Source: Callorhinchus milii (lineage: Eukaryota). From it: a stretch of 64,000 nt of DNA. Location: assembly GCF_018977255.1 (NCBI RefSeq), contig NW_024704743.1, positions 46,006,001-46,070,000 on the forward strand, given 5' to 3'. Positions 49,866-62,311 of the stretch are shown piece after piece. The notes under the pieces were generated by a model that saw nothing but the letters and a program-made list of their open reading frames with translations, was not told the origin of the DNA and did not search any database. The position numbers and the translations under genes were made by a program. Position 1 is the stretch's first letter. Each line of letters starts with the position of its first letter.

Positions 49866-50694
49866 TGTACCTTTCATGTCAGCAGGACGTCCCAAGGCAC
49901 TGTACAGCCAGTGTTTCGGACCCGAGCTGGGGGTCAGGATTGGGGAGCGTGGAGGGCATAGGGGGGATGCAAGGTGATCGAAAGCACAGTCGAAGAGGAA
50001 GGTCTTGAGATGGATCTTGAAGGAGGCAAGGGAGGGGGTGAGGAGGAGGGACTGCGGGTTGGAGTTCTAGAGGGTGGGGGCAGAGTGGCAGAAAGCTTGC
50101 CCGCCAATGTTTGGGCGGGCGAGGTGGGGGACATGAAGCAGGCCGGAGCCCGCTGAGCGGAGGGAGCGGGCAGGATGGTAGGGGTTAGGAGGTCACAGAG
50201 GTAGCGGGTAGCAAGGCTATGGAGGGCTTTGAAGGTGAGGACCAGGATCTTGTACTGTATCCTTTGTGTGATGGAACAGTGGAGTCGGTTGAGGATGGGG
50301 TTGATAGGGTCACGGAGCCTGGTGCAGGAGAGGACACGGGCTGCAGAGTTCTGAATGATCTGCAGCCTATGGAGGGAGGAGTTGGGGAGGCCGACAAGCA
50401 AAGAGTTTGCATAGACAAGCATGGATGTTATGAATGTGTGTTTGAGGGTCTCGGCGGCCTGCAGTGTGAGACAGTGGTGGAGCTGGGTGATGTTGCGGAG
50501 GTGGGGGAAGGCAGAGTGGGTCATAGCACAGATGTGAGGTAGAAAGGATAGTTGAGGGTCAAACAAGATGCCAAGGTTCCGGACCGGCTTAGTAAGGTGG
50601 AGTGTGCAACCATGGATGGTGATGCTGTCAGCACCTGAGGTGAGGAGGTGCTGACGGGAGCCAAGCAGGAGAGCCTCGGTCTTGTTGATGTTCA
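49866..50694 (-). mobile_element. L2 LINE 3' fragment
   Basis: LNINKTEALLLGSRQ...VRNLGILFDPQLSF...IQNSAARVL. Confidence 0.92.
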
Positions 50695-51163
50695 ACAACA
50701 ACAACAACAACAAGATTCCATTTATAAAGCGCCTTTCACGTCAGGAGGACGTCCCAAGGCGCTGCACAGTTGGGTCAGGACCCGAGCAGGGGGAAATGGT
50801 CAGGGGGAGGGAAGGGAGGGAGCGAGGAGGGGGGAAATGGTCAGGGTGAGGGGAGGGAAGGGAGGGAGCGAGGAGGGGGAAGAGAGTCGAGAGGGGAGCT
50901 GAAGGCTCGGTCAAAGAGAAAGGTTTTGAGACCGGCCTTGAAGGAGGAAAGGAAGGAGGCGGCGAAGGCACTGGGGGATGGAGTTCCAGAGCCTGGGGGC
51001 TGAGAGGCTGAAGGCCCGGCCACCGATGGTAGGGCGGTTGGGGCGGGGGACGTGGAGCAGACCGGAGCCAGAGGAACGGAGGGTACGGGCAGGTAGGTAG
51101 GGGGATAGTAGGTTGGAGAGGTAGGAGGGAGCAAGGCCGTGAATGGCCTTGTAGGTGAAAGTG
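50695..51163 (-). mobile_element. Young L2 3' fragment abutting the older L2
   Basis: TYKAIHGLAPSYLS...GGRAFSLSAPRLWNSIP and a (TTG)n tail. Confidence 0.92.
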
Positions 51164-51439
51164 GTGGAAGTAGACACACATTTACATTGTATATATGTAG
51201 GACCTTTGAGACTTCTTTTTTCTGATTGCTGCTACAGAAATAATACAGCTGATGAAGATCAGAAGCAAAGTTTGCTTCTGATAATAATAATCAAATGCAA
51301 GGATTATTATTATTATTATCAGAAGCAAAGTTACTTGATATGCATCTCCTGGGCTCTGCTACATTAGAATACAGTAGAATACATTACAATGTATAGCACA
51401 GAAACAGGCCATTCGGCCCAACTGGTCATTCGGCCCAAT

Positions 51440-53423
51440 TCCTTCTGCCCTTCCTGTCCATGTCAAATCCTACTGCTCCGCTCTCGCCTCCGCTAAATCG
51501 TCGTTCTACTCTAAGACAATCTTGGAGGCTAAGGACAACCCCAAGCTCCTCTTCTCCATCATGAACCGGCTCCTCTGCCCACTCTCTCACGCCTCACCCA
51601 TCCTCACCTCAAATGCCAACTGCGAGACGATGCTGGACTTCCTCGAATCCAAAGTTGAGGGAATCCGCTCAGCTGCCTCTGTCACTGCATCTGCTACCCT
51701 CTCCCCATCTCCCCCTCCTGCCCTGGCCCCTACCCTTCCCTCTCTCCACACCTTTGAACCTGTCTCCCCCTCCTCTCTCATCACCACCATAACCCGCATG
51801 AAACCCACCACCTGCTCCCTCGACCCCATCCCTACCCCCCTCTTTACTTCCCAGCTCCACCTCCTTGCCCCTCTACTCACTGACATTGTTAACCTCACAC
51901 TGTTCTCTGGTACTGTTCTCACCCCTTTAAAAAAAAACATTGTCATCACTCCTATCCTGAAAAAACCTTCTCTGGACCCTTCTCTATTCCCTAACTACCG
52001 CTCCATCTCCAACCTCCCCTACCTCTCCAAGGTCCTGGAACGATTGTTGCTTCTCAGCTTCACTCCTCCTCTCCCACCCTCGAACCCCTCCAATCGGACT
52101 TCCGTGCCACCCACAGCACAGAAACTGCCCTGGTCAAAGTGACAAATGACATTCTGTCCATCTGCGACCAGGGCTCCCTCTGCCTTCTCGTCCTCCTTGA
52201 CCTGGCTGTTACTTTTGACACCATCGACCACTCTATACTCATCCACCACCTCTCCTCTCACCGCAACTTCATGGCACTGTCCATGATTGGTTCAGATCAT
52301 ACCTCTGACACCGCCTGCGTCTCCTCAATCGGCTTCCCCTCTAGCCCCCAGACCATCCAGTGTTCCTCAGGGCTCTGTCCTTGGTCCCCTCCTCTTCAAC
52401 ATCTATATGCCCCCTCTTGGTGACATCATCGGTGGTCAACTTCCACATGTATGTGGATGACATCCAACTCTACCTCTCTGCCTCCACCCTTGACTCCAGG
52501 ACCACTGCTGTCCTGACAGAATGTCTGTCAGACATCAAGTCCTGGATGAGAGCTAAGTTTCTTCAGTTGAACGTCAACAAGACCGAGGCTCTCCTGATTG
52601 GCTCCCGTCAGCGCCTCCTCACCTCAGGCGCTGACAGCATCACTGTCCATGGTTGCACACTCCACCTTACTAAGCCAGTCCGGAACCTTGGGGTCTTGTT
52701 TGACCCTCAACTATCCTTTCTACCTCACATTTGCACCATGACCCGCTCTGCCTTCCCCCACATCCGCAAAGTCGCCCGGCTCCGACACTGTCTCACACCA
52801 CAGGCCACCGAAACCCTTATACATGCTTTCATTACATCGAGGCTCAACTATGCAAACTCACTGCTTGTCGGCCTCCCCAACTTCTCCCCATAGGCTGCAA
52901 ATCATCCAGGACTCTGCAGCCCATGTCCTCTCCCGTACTCGACTCTGTGTCCCTATCACCCCCATCCTTGCCCAACTCCACTGGCTTCCCATCACACATA
53001 GGATACAGTTCAAGATCCTGGTCATCACCTTCAAAGCCCTCCATGGTCTTGCTCCCCACTACCTCTGCGACCTCCTAACCCCCTACTACCCTGTTCGCTC
53101 CCTCCGCTCAGCGGCCTCCGGCCTGCTTCACGTCCCCCGCCTTGCTTGCTCCACTATCGGCGGGCGAGCCTTCCGCCATTCTGCACACACCCTCTGGAAC
53201 TCCATCCTGCAATCCCTCCATCTCGCCCCCTCCCTTGCCACCTTCAAGACCCACCTCAAGACCCTCCTCTTCGACCGTGCTTTCCATCTCCCTGCTTCCC
53301 CCCTGCCCTTCCCCTTCCCCCACCCCGACCCTCAGCTCGGGTCTGTAACTCTGTTTGTCCAGCGCCTTGGGACGTCCTTCTGACGTGAAAGGCGCTATAC
53401 ATATGTAATTTTGTTGTTGTTGT
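51440..53423 (+). mobile_element. L2 LINE, about 2 kb 5'-truncated copy with a degenerate RT
   Basis: KPTTCSLDPIPT...PILKKPSLDP..NYRSISNLPYLSKVLER...LVLLDLAVTFDTIDH...VPQGSVLGP...FHMYVDDIQLY; several frameshifts. Confidence 0.95.
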
Positions 53424-53471
53424 CGCTTAACTGAGCCTTCAAGCATAACCTAGTAACTGTATAGATATCAT

Positions 53472-53890
53472 GTTGCTTGCATTTGTTGACACCTTTCATT
53501 GAGAGGACATTTCAAAGCTTTTCACAAAATTTTCTATAAGGTATAGTGACTGTATATTTTATAGGTGAATGCAGCATGCAATTTAAGCACAGCAATGTCC
53601 CACAAACAGCCATGAGGTCAGTGACTCATTTTATCTGGGGTATTTCTGGTGTGGATACCAGGAGAAACTCCCTTCTCTTTTTAAATAGTGCGATGGTATC
53701 TTTAACGTCCATCTAAACAGCCAAATAGCAACTCATTTCAATGTCTCATCCGAAAAACAACACCTCTGACAATGCAGTGCTCCCCCAACACTACATTGGA
53801 GTGTCAGCCGAGACTGTGAGCTGAAATTCCCAATGTCGGGCTTGAACCGACAACTTTGTGACTCAAGGACAAGAGTGCTAACAATTGACT
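53472..53890 (-). mobile_element. Deu-domain SINE, diverged
   Basis: Minus strand GGCTGACACTCCAATGTAGTG...GCACTGCATTGTCAGAGGTG...TCGGATGAGACATT...TGGACGTTAAAGATACCATCGCACTATTT. Confidence 0.78.
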
Positions 53891-54171
53891 CTCAAAAGTC
53901 AACTTTTCTGCAAGCCTTTTTTCCTGACTCTGCCACCATTATTTCTGTAGGAACAACAATAAAAAAAAAGGTTCAAAGGTCCTGCCGATACACAATGCAA
54001 ATGGCCATCCTTACTTCCAGCACTGAGTAGTGACCTCCCAGGAACAGCAACGGTGTCAGCAACAGGAGGATGATGAGGCTAGCATTATCACTATTTTTAT
54101 ATAATACCCAGAAAGAAAGAAATACACTCATATATATCATAAATATCATAACAGTTGATATTTTTTAATAG

Positions 54172-54251
54172 GAATATGGAAGAAGTTACCCCATGAAAAG
54201 AACAGAGAAGACAAGAAAAGAAAGAGAATGACCCAAGAAAAAAATAATCTT
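54172..54251 (+). CDS. ZCWPW2: Probable ZCWPW2 coding exon (basic linker)
   Basis: ttttttaatag|(G)IWKKLPHEKNREDKKRKRMTQEKNNL|gtaagt; phase 1-0, fits the chain. Confidence 0.7.
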
Positions 54252-54345
54252 GTAAGTGAGAGCTAATTGATCTTCAATTTCAGTTTATACTGGGAAGAAT
54301 GGGTCTGGCATGAAAAGGTTAACTTCTTCTTTTGATCATTGAAAG

Positions 54346-54392
54346 GAATTGAGAAGAGCAGTAAGCAGAACTACACCGGGAGGATTAAAAAG
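54346..54392 (+). CDS. ZCWPW2: Probable small ZCWPW2 coding exon
   Basis: gatcattgaaag|ELRRAVSRTTPGGLK+AG|gtaggt; phase 0-2, which links the neighbouring exons in frame. Confidence 0.55.
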
Positions 54393-55515
54393 GTAGGTTA
54401 CAATACATGATGCTAGATTTATGGTTGGTTATGTACAGTAATTATAAAGCCATGTTCTTTCTTGCCCATGTTAAATTCTTTAATTTGTTTATGGCTGCAA
54501 AAGTTTATATTAACCTTGGGACCCATGAATTTCTGAATCTTGGTTGAAAACATAAATTTTGGTTAAGGGATCTGTGGGATGTTTGAGTTTTTTCTATTGT
54601 GCAATTTGTCATTAAATATGAGAATCTTCACAAGAATATAGCATAACAGTGGAAATGTAGTAACGTTAGTAAATGGTTGCTACTAGTTGGAGGGTCAAGC
54701 AGATCAGTCGTCTGAGATGATTCCCATGAGTGGAAACAGTGATTCAACTCTGCTTTAATGAGATCTGGTTTAAAATCACGACTTAGAGAGAAAAATTAAA
54801 AGGCATACTCAATCAAGAACAATAGTTTTAGTGATTGTTGCCAAGAAATAACAAGGACGATGCTATTTTGAATTGTCTCCAACCTGGAGGGAGAAATTAC
54901 AGTGGGAATAAGAAGTTCAGTTCCAAACTGTCGTTAAGCACAGAACACAATAACCGCATATTCTGCCCTGTGATAGTTATCACTGATGATGTCAACATCC
55001 TGCAGTTTTCTGTTCCCCCGTTCCTTAATTAGGGAACAGAATGAGTTTAAAGAATACCACATTTTTGATCCCATATTTAGAACATTTTAAACCAGTAGAC
55101 CTAAATGATGTACTGCATGGTCTAGGAACTCCCCAGGGTGCCTATGTCAGAATACCATGCATTTGAAAACAGTACAAGTATTAATACTATTATTGTTTTG
55201 TAAGTACATGCATTAAAATACCACCACTTTATGAAGTTAATGGAGACCAGCATTTTTTTAGTCTCCTTTTCGGAATTGCTAAGTGACGTCAGGAAGAGAT
55301 TGTTTTGTATGCTTTTCATGAAGCCACTCCATTAAAGGGCTCTGGCAATTTGTACTGGCCTAGGAGACAATCTGAAGCTCAACAATCCAAAATGAACAAC
55401 ACAATGTTCACAGAGGACTTCTACATTAACCAGCAAGGAATAAAGAAATTTTATGGTGAGGTGAAAATTGCAGCCTGTGAATGTATCTATTATCACATCA
55501 CTGATGCATGTGGTG

Positions 55516-55901
55516 TGGAGTCCTGGAGTTTAGTGGTTGGAGCACTTGCCTCGCAAGCGAGAGGACCTGGGCTCAATTCCCGGGCAGGGCAAAACGTTAG
55601 GCAAATTTCCTTAGTCCACACGTCTCTGTTTACCTAGCAGTAAGTAGGAACCCAGTTGTTAGTCAATTGGTGGATCGCTTTTCCGGGGTAATAATCCCTT
55701 CAAAAAAACAAATTGTAAAATTGAATAATTTGGTCACTCAATCCATGACTATTTGTGGGAAACTGCTGTGCGTAATTGGCTGCCAAGTTTTGCCTGCAGT
55801 CAATTCACTTTACAGTATATTCCGTGATGCGGTTGAGACATCTCAAAGATGTGATAAGGCGCTATATCAAATGCAAGGATTATTATTATTACTACTATTA
55901 T
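55516..55901 (+). mobile_element. tRNA-headed SINE (older copy)
   Basis: Head, body and (TTA)n tail as in the other copies. Confidence 0.88.
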
Positions 55902-56978
55902 TGCGGCCAGTTGATAATTAAAGGAGAGTCACAAGTGTGGTCTCACCCAACAAAATTATCTATAGGTGATATTGCAATCCCAGGCTGCAGAATGGGAGAT
56001 TGGAGTACTGATTAGTGAGATAAGTCCCAAACCAAAAAATCAGAAGAACTAACTGGATCTCATGATAGTGAACTTTTTAGTGTAATAATATCTTGAAGCA
56101 CTTTGCAGAATTTACTGTAAAGTGTAGTTACTGTCTATTCTTTGTAGGCAAGTGTGGCAGCCAATTTGTGCACAGCAATGTCCCACAAGTAGCCATAAAG
56201 TGGAAGATTAATTTTAACTGGAGGATTTTTGGCCATGACATCAGGCGAAAATACCCTTCCTTGTTTCAAATAGGCTGCCTGTATTTCAGGTCTGAATTAT
56301 GCATGCTGAGCTGAGGGGAAATGAAAATGTACATAAATTTATGTAACAGGGTATTTATGGTCAGCAGCAGGGCTATCAACCTTCCTCAGTGACCACACGT
56401 ATCAATGATGTGGTAATTGACACATCACATCAATTTTCTTGCTGCCTTATGCAGAACATTATGTTTTTTTGGGGGGAATCATTCACTAGATCCAACAATG
56501 CTTATTTTTGGTGCACATACACAGTAATATACAGCATGGAAACTGGCCACTTCAGACAGCGTGTTCCACAATCTCACTACCCTCTGCATGAAATAGTTCC
56601 TCCCAAATTCTCTTTTAGTACACATGAATGCCCCTTGGTGGTGAAACAACGGCAGTCGATCTGTTTTGGAATGGTTCAGAGCATAGGAGTATCTGGATTA
56701 AAAGAACTAAATAATAATAATCCTTGCATTTGAAATAACATCTTATTACTTAGTCAAGAGTCGATTGTGCCCAGCAGTGTCCTACAAACATTCGTGGATT
56801 GAGTGAACAATTTTTTTTAAAAAAGGATTATTCAAGGGATGATTAACTGCAAGAAGACTTCAAGTTTGAGTATAAAGTTGAAATAATCTGTGATATTTCT
56901 AATCGAACCTTGTTTTACACTCCTTAAGATGTAAAAAATAAACATTGTATTGAAATTGTGTTGTTTTTGTATGTTTAG

Positions 56979-57052
56979 AAAAACTAAAATTGATACAGAA
57001 ACATCTTTGCCAATAGATGAAGTAGATGAGGTATTGGGAAGAAAACCTAAGG
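56979..57052 (+). CDS. ZCWPW2: Probable ZCWPW2 coding exon
   Basis: ttgtatgtttag|(R)KTKIDTETSLPIDEVDEVLGRKPK+G|gtacgt; open in phase 2, exits in phase 1. Confidence 0.65.
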
Positions 57053-57394
57053 GTACGTATGTATAGATTTCTATGATTTTAGAAAAGGTAACTGGTTATT
57101 GTTTTTATTTATCCTCTCTCTAGGTTTCCTATAATTTATATTAATTGCACATTAATTATATTGACTAATATCTACAAATCAATTTGGCAATGGTGCAGTT
57201 CACTGAACAAAACTCATTTTTTTAATATTGATTTTAATTTGTTACTGTGAGCTGCTGGGTGTTCTTACTATATCTCTTACAATGTCATTACTTAAATGAA
57301 GCATGTATAACAGCATGCAGCAGTGTTATGGGAAATCCAATTGGTACTTCCTGTTCCCCAATACAGTACTTCAGTTTGGAGCAAAAAGTACAAA

Positions 57395-57778
57395 CCCAAT
57401 TTCAGTGCCACATGCACTAATCGATTTCAAGATCCTCACATTCATTTTCAAATCCCTTCATGCCCTAGCACCTCCCTACCTTTCCAACCTGCTTACTCCC
57501 AACCTACAACCCACTGCTTCCGCTCAACTTCTGCATGTACATTGGTGGCCACACTTTCAGCCACTATGCCACTAAACTCTGGAACACTCTTCCTCTATCC
57601 TCCCACCTTGCCCCTTCCTTCCTCATCTTCAGCTTGCGCCTGAAGACCTTCCTGTTCATCCGTGCTACGGTCACCTCCCCCTCCCCTCGGCTCGGCTTTG
57701 TGCCCCTCTACTGTCAAGAGCTCTGTGACACTACATTGTGTGAGGAGAGCTATATAAATATATGTTATTGTTGTTGTT
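57395..57778 (+). mobile_element. L2 3' fragment
   Basis: IDFKILTFIFKSLHALAPPYLS...KLWNTLP...LKTFLF and tail. Confidence 0.85.
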
Positions 57779-58552
57779 ATTTCTTTAATAACATTAAAAA
57801 CAATCTGTTCACATTTTTTGGGATGGCCAGTGGAGAGCTTTACATTGAGCACTGTGAGCTCCACTGTAATTTCTGGCCTGTCACATTTATACAGCACAGT
57901 TGTATCTTGGAATATTTCAGAAATCATCTCCTGCACTTGTTCAAGAAATAATAATAATAATCCTTGCATTTGATGTAACGCTTTTCACGTCTTCTAGACA
58001 TCTCAAAGCGCTTTACAGAATAGACTGTAAGGTGAATTGACTGTATATTTGTGGGCAAAATGCGGCAGCCAATTGCACAGAAAGGGGCTTTGTTACAATT
58101 CACGAAGATAAATGGGATCGCAACCCCTATTCTGCACATTTAGCAGCAAATTACTGCCAAATTTGGTGATTCACTGCCAAACATGCAGAGCATAAATAAT
58201 AATAATCCTTGCACTTGATAAGGATAAATAAGGTAAGTCCTGAAAGAGATTTATTTTTGACTGCATATTTCCTTCTCCATTCCTCTCTGATACATCAGAC
58301 TATACATCACATCTTTTATGGGGCAGGAAAGATAGAAAACTCAGCTCACCTTGGCTTCACATGTTGCTTCAGTATTGAAATAAACCATTAATGATTTATT
58401 ACCGCAGAATGTAATACAAAAAATCAATACTTTAGAAATGACATTCAATTTGTACCATGATCTCTGATAACATTTTAATGGAGAATTATTTTAATTTCTA
58501 TTTTAGTGCTATCAGTGTCTCTCTCTATATATATTATGCATTAGCTTTCTGT

Positions 58553-59184
58553 TGTTGCAGGACGCCGAAACGCTCATACACGCCTTCATTACATCGAGGC
58601 TTGACTATGCAAACTCATTGCTTGTCGGCCTCCCCAACTCCTCCGTCCACAGGCTGCAGATCATCCAGAATTCTGCAGCCCGTGTCCTTTCCCACACTAG
58701 ACTCTGTGACCCTAATACCCCCATCCTTGCCTGACTCTACTGGCTTCCCATCACAGAGGGGATACAGTTCAAGATCCCGGTCCTCACCTTCAAAACCCTC
58801 CACTGTCTTGCTTCCCCTACCTCTGCGACCTCCTAACCCCCTACCACCCTGTTCGCTCCCTCCGCTCAGCGGGCTCCGGCCTGCTTCACGTCCCCCGCCT
58901 TACTTGCCCCACTATCGGCGGGCGGGCCTTCCGCCATTCTGCACACACCCTCTGGAACTCCATCCCGCATTCCCTCCATCTCGCTCCCTCCCTCACCACC
59001 TTCAAGACCCACCTCAAAACCCTCCTCTTTGACTGTGCTTTCGATCTCCCTGCTTCCCCCCTGCCCTCCACTCTCCCCCACCCCAAACCCCAGCTCGGGT
59101 CCGTAATTCTGTCTGTTCAGCACCTTGGGAAGTCCTCCCGATGTGAAAGGCAATATACAAATGTAATTTTGTTGTTGTTGTTGC
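58553..59184 (+). mobile_element. L2 3' fragment
   Basis: AETLIHAFITSRLDYANSLLVGLP...; highly similar to 52800-53423. Confidence 0.92.
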
Positions 59185-59994
59185 ATCCAACAGAGAAGAA
59201 GCATATTTTTCATTTATTATGTGTGTGCAATTGGCAGGTTAAGTTACACAACTGAATGGCAGGCACATTGGACCATATGTTCCCTTTCTCATACCATCCC
59301 ACAGGTCATTTTTCTCCTGACGCTGGTGTTTGGTCTGACTGATCAGCTTCCACTTGCGTAAGAGAAGCTGCTTCTCAATAATGTTGCATATGTTTTAGCT
59401 GTGCATGTGTGCATTGATAAAATCTTAATGAAGTGTATTTTTCAAGATCTGACCCAAATTCCAGTGACTGTTTCTGGTAATAAGCCAAGTTCTGCTTTGA
59501 ACATTTGTGATGGTTTCAGAAAGGCATCTAATTGATATTTATGGGGCCAAGACGTTTCTCGAAAAATCGAAGAAAAATCCCCCATAAAAGGTACAGTGCT
59601 CTCCGTATAATTGCATGGAGTTGGAACCGGACAGATGCCAGTTAAATTATTTGGAATATGCATTTACCCAAAGTTTATTAGTAACACCACTGTCATTCTC
59701 CATACTGCCTCTGCTGTGGCTCTCCGCGTTGTCTCTCTTCAAACGTCCCACTCCGGCTCCCTTTCCATCACTCTCCACCAAACATACACTTCCCACCATC
59801 AACTCCTAAACTAATGCGATCAACTAAGCTAATTATGCAGGTACACATGAAATAGACTGGCTATCTTTCATGCGATTAAGCAAATTATGCAATTATCTGA
59901 TATGCATTTGACCAAGTGCAGTACCATGCAAAGAAATAGTGAACAAAGTTTTAGTACCCAATAATTGCTGTGCATTTAAATGGAGTATGAAATT

Positions 59995-61008
59995 ATCCGA
60001 TACCTCCGGAATATCGCCAGACTACGGCACTACCTCACCCCTCAAGCTGCTGAAACTCTGGTCCACGCCTTTATGACCTCAGTGGAGTCCTGTAGCTCAG
60101 TGGTTAGAGCACTCGCTTTGCAAGTGAGAGACCTGAGTTCAATTCCAGGCAGAGGGCGAAACCTTGGGCAAGTTTCCTTACTCCACACACAACCCTAATA
60201 ATAATCCCTCCAAAAACCAAAAACAATAATAAATTGGTCATTTTCAATCCACGACTGTTTGTGGGACATTGCTGTGCGCAATTGGCTGCCGCGTTCGCCC
60301 ACAAATATACAGTCAATTCACTTTACAGTGTGTTCTGTGAAGCGCTTTGGGACGTCCTCTCGACGTGAAAAGCGCTATATCAAATGCAAGGATTATTATT
60401 AAGGATGGACTATGGGAACTCTCTCCTCGCCGGCCTTCCCGGCATCTCCCTCCACAAGCTGCAGGTCATTCAGAACTCTGCAGCTCGTGTACTGTCCCGC
60501 ACCAGGCTTCGCGATCACATCACTCCCACCCTCGCTCGCCTCCACTGGCTCCCCATCCCCCAGAGGATCGAATTCAAGATCCTCATCCTCACCTACAAGG
60601 CCATTCACGGCCTTGCTCCCTCCTACCTCTCTGACCTACTATCCCCTTACCTACCCGCCCGTACCCTCCGTTCCTCTGGCTCCGGTCTGCTCCACATCCC
60701 CCGCCCCAACCGCCCTACCATCGGTGGTCGGGCCTTCAGCCTCTCAGCCCCCAGGCTCTGGAACTCTATCCCCCAGTGCCTTCGCCGCCTCCTCCCTTTC
60801 CTCCTTCAAGGCCGGTCTCAAGACTTTTCTCTTTGACCGAGCCTTCAGCTCCCCTCTCAACTCTCTACCCCCTCCTCGCTCCCTCCCTTCCCTCCCCTCA
60901 CCCTGACCATTTCCCCCCTGCTCGGGTCCTGACCCAACTGTACAGCGCCTTGGGACATCCTCCCGACGTGAAAGGCGCTCTATAAATGGAATCTTGTTGT
61001 TGTTGTTG
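59995..61008 (+). mobile_element. Young L2 3' fragment, split by a SINE
   Basis: LRNIARLRHYLTPQAAETLVHAFMTS / RMDYGNSLLAGLPG...LHWLPIPQRIEFKIL; (TTG)n tail. Confidence 0.93.
60083..60401 (+). mobile_element. Young tRNA-SINE nested in an L2 element
   Basis: Near-identical to 4499-4820; interrupts the L2 ORF between HAFMTS and RMDYGNSLL. Confidence 0.95.
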
Positions 61009-62177
61009 ATACGTAATTAAGCAGGATGCACTGTACTATTTTAATGCAATTTATTACCATTTTCTGCCAAATTGCTGCGAGAAAAGTTTAATGTGGTATA
61101 AACTTTGAGTGATTGTGAGTATAAATCAGGCATCCAGCAGTAAAATTAAGTTGTTGAAGATCATTCAAGCTTAGGTGTCTAACGCCTATGGGTCAGAAAC
61201 TAACGAAAACAAATGATGGAACTGGGGAAATAGCCTCTGGCTGGAACTGGGGAACTAACCAGACAGGCTTGGACTCATTCCTAGAATCTCACTGAACACA
61301 AAGTGCCAAATTACCCTCACACGGAGAAAGCAAGCTAATGCAAGAGGAGAGTAAAGCCAACAACAACAGTTGAAGCTTAGAAAGCACAGAAATCCCAACT
61401 GGTGGGACCACTGTTTAAGATGGATAGGAGGGCCTATTTCTCCCAACCCAACTATTCCCAAGACAAATTGCTTCTTCCTTAAACATTGCTTCCAGTGCAC
61501 TGCCACTGCCATGCTCATAAATCCAATGTTCATTTATACTTTCCCACAAGAACTGAGCAAATGGCTACAACCACATGTAGACTATCTAAACTTGATATTC
61601 ATTAAAAACAGTTTGAATCTAATTTTAATGGTTCAATCTGTCACTATTTATTGCGTCTAAGACTTTTTATTACAATTCTGGATTACATTTTTTGGTGATA
61701 GGAATTGTAGAACCTTATTTAATTCTGCTATGTCAGCTAGTTTAACATAAGGATAACGTATTGTACATAATTTTCTGCAACTTAAAACATCAGCAAATTG
61801 CAATTGTAAAGATATTGGTGAAATATAGAATATGAACTGAGATGCTCTTTAAATATGCTTTAAATCAAAATGGTGAGCAAATTTACTATTTGTCTATGGA
61901 GATACAGGAAACTATATTCAATAACAAGTAATTTCTTTTTATAAAACCATTTTGAATTTCTTTTTAAAAAAATGGTCAGTTACTATGTCTAACAATTACA
62001 TTCTCCAAACCATGCACTTGCAACTCATATCTATTCCCTTCATAAACATATATATTATATTAGAATGATTTGTTTTGCATTACCCATGTGCTTTAATATA
62101 TCCTCACTTCTCCACCATCATACAGACTCAAAGACAGCAATGTAACTTTAAACTGAAGGTAACCTGTATTTCATAAG

Positions 62178-62311
62178 ATGTTTCACAGGCAGAGGATTTA
62201 ATGCAGGATTTGGACGAATTGCTGACGCAGATTTCACAATCTGACAACAGTACTTGTTCACTTACATTGGAAAAACGAGGAAGCATCACAAAGCAAATCC
62301 ATCAAAAAAAG
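62178..62311 (+). CDS. ZCWPW2: ZCWPW2 coding exon (C-terminal acidic helix)
   Basis: tatttcataag|(D)VSQAEDLMQDLDELLTQISQSDNSTCSLTLEKRGSITKQIHQKK|gtatga; phase 1-0; resembles the recalled mammalian segment VCETEVLLKELEQMLQQ. Confidence 0.7.

Noticed and set aside
51522..53383. Intact reverse transcriptase gene
   Set aside because: 5'-truncated L2 with multiple frameshifts and no endonuclease domain; a fossil, not an active ORF.
59447..59590. Possible extra ZCWPW2 exon
   Set aside because: From the 59447 acceptor all frames hit stops; a 39-nt sub-exon (59552-59590) is open but has a poor polypyrimidine tract and is not needed for the frame.
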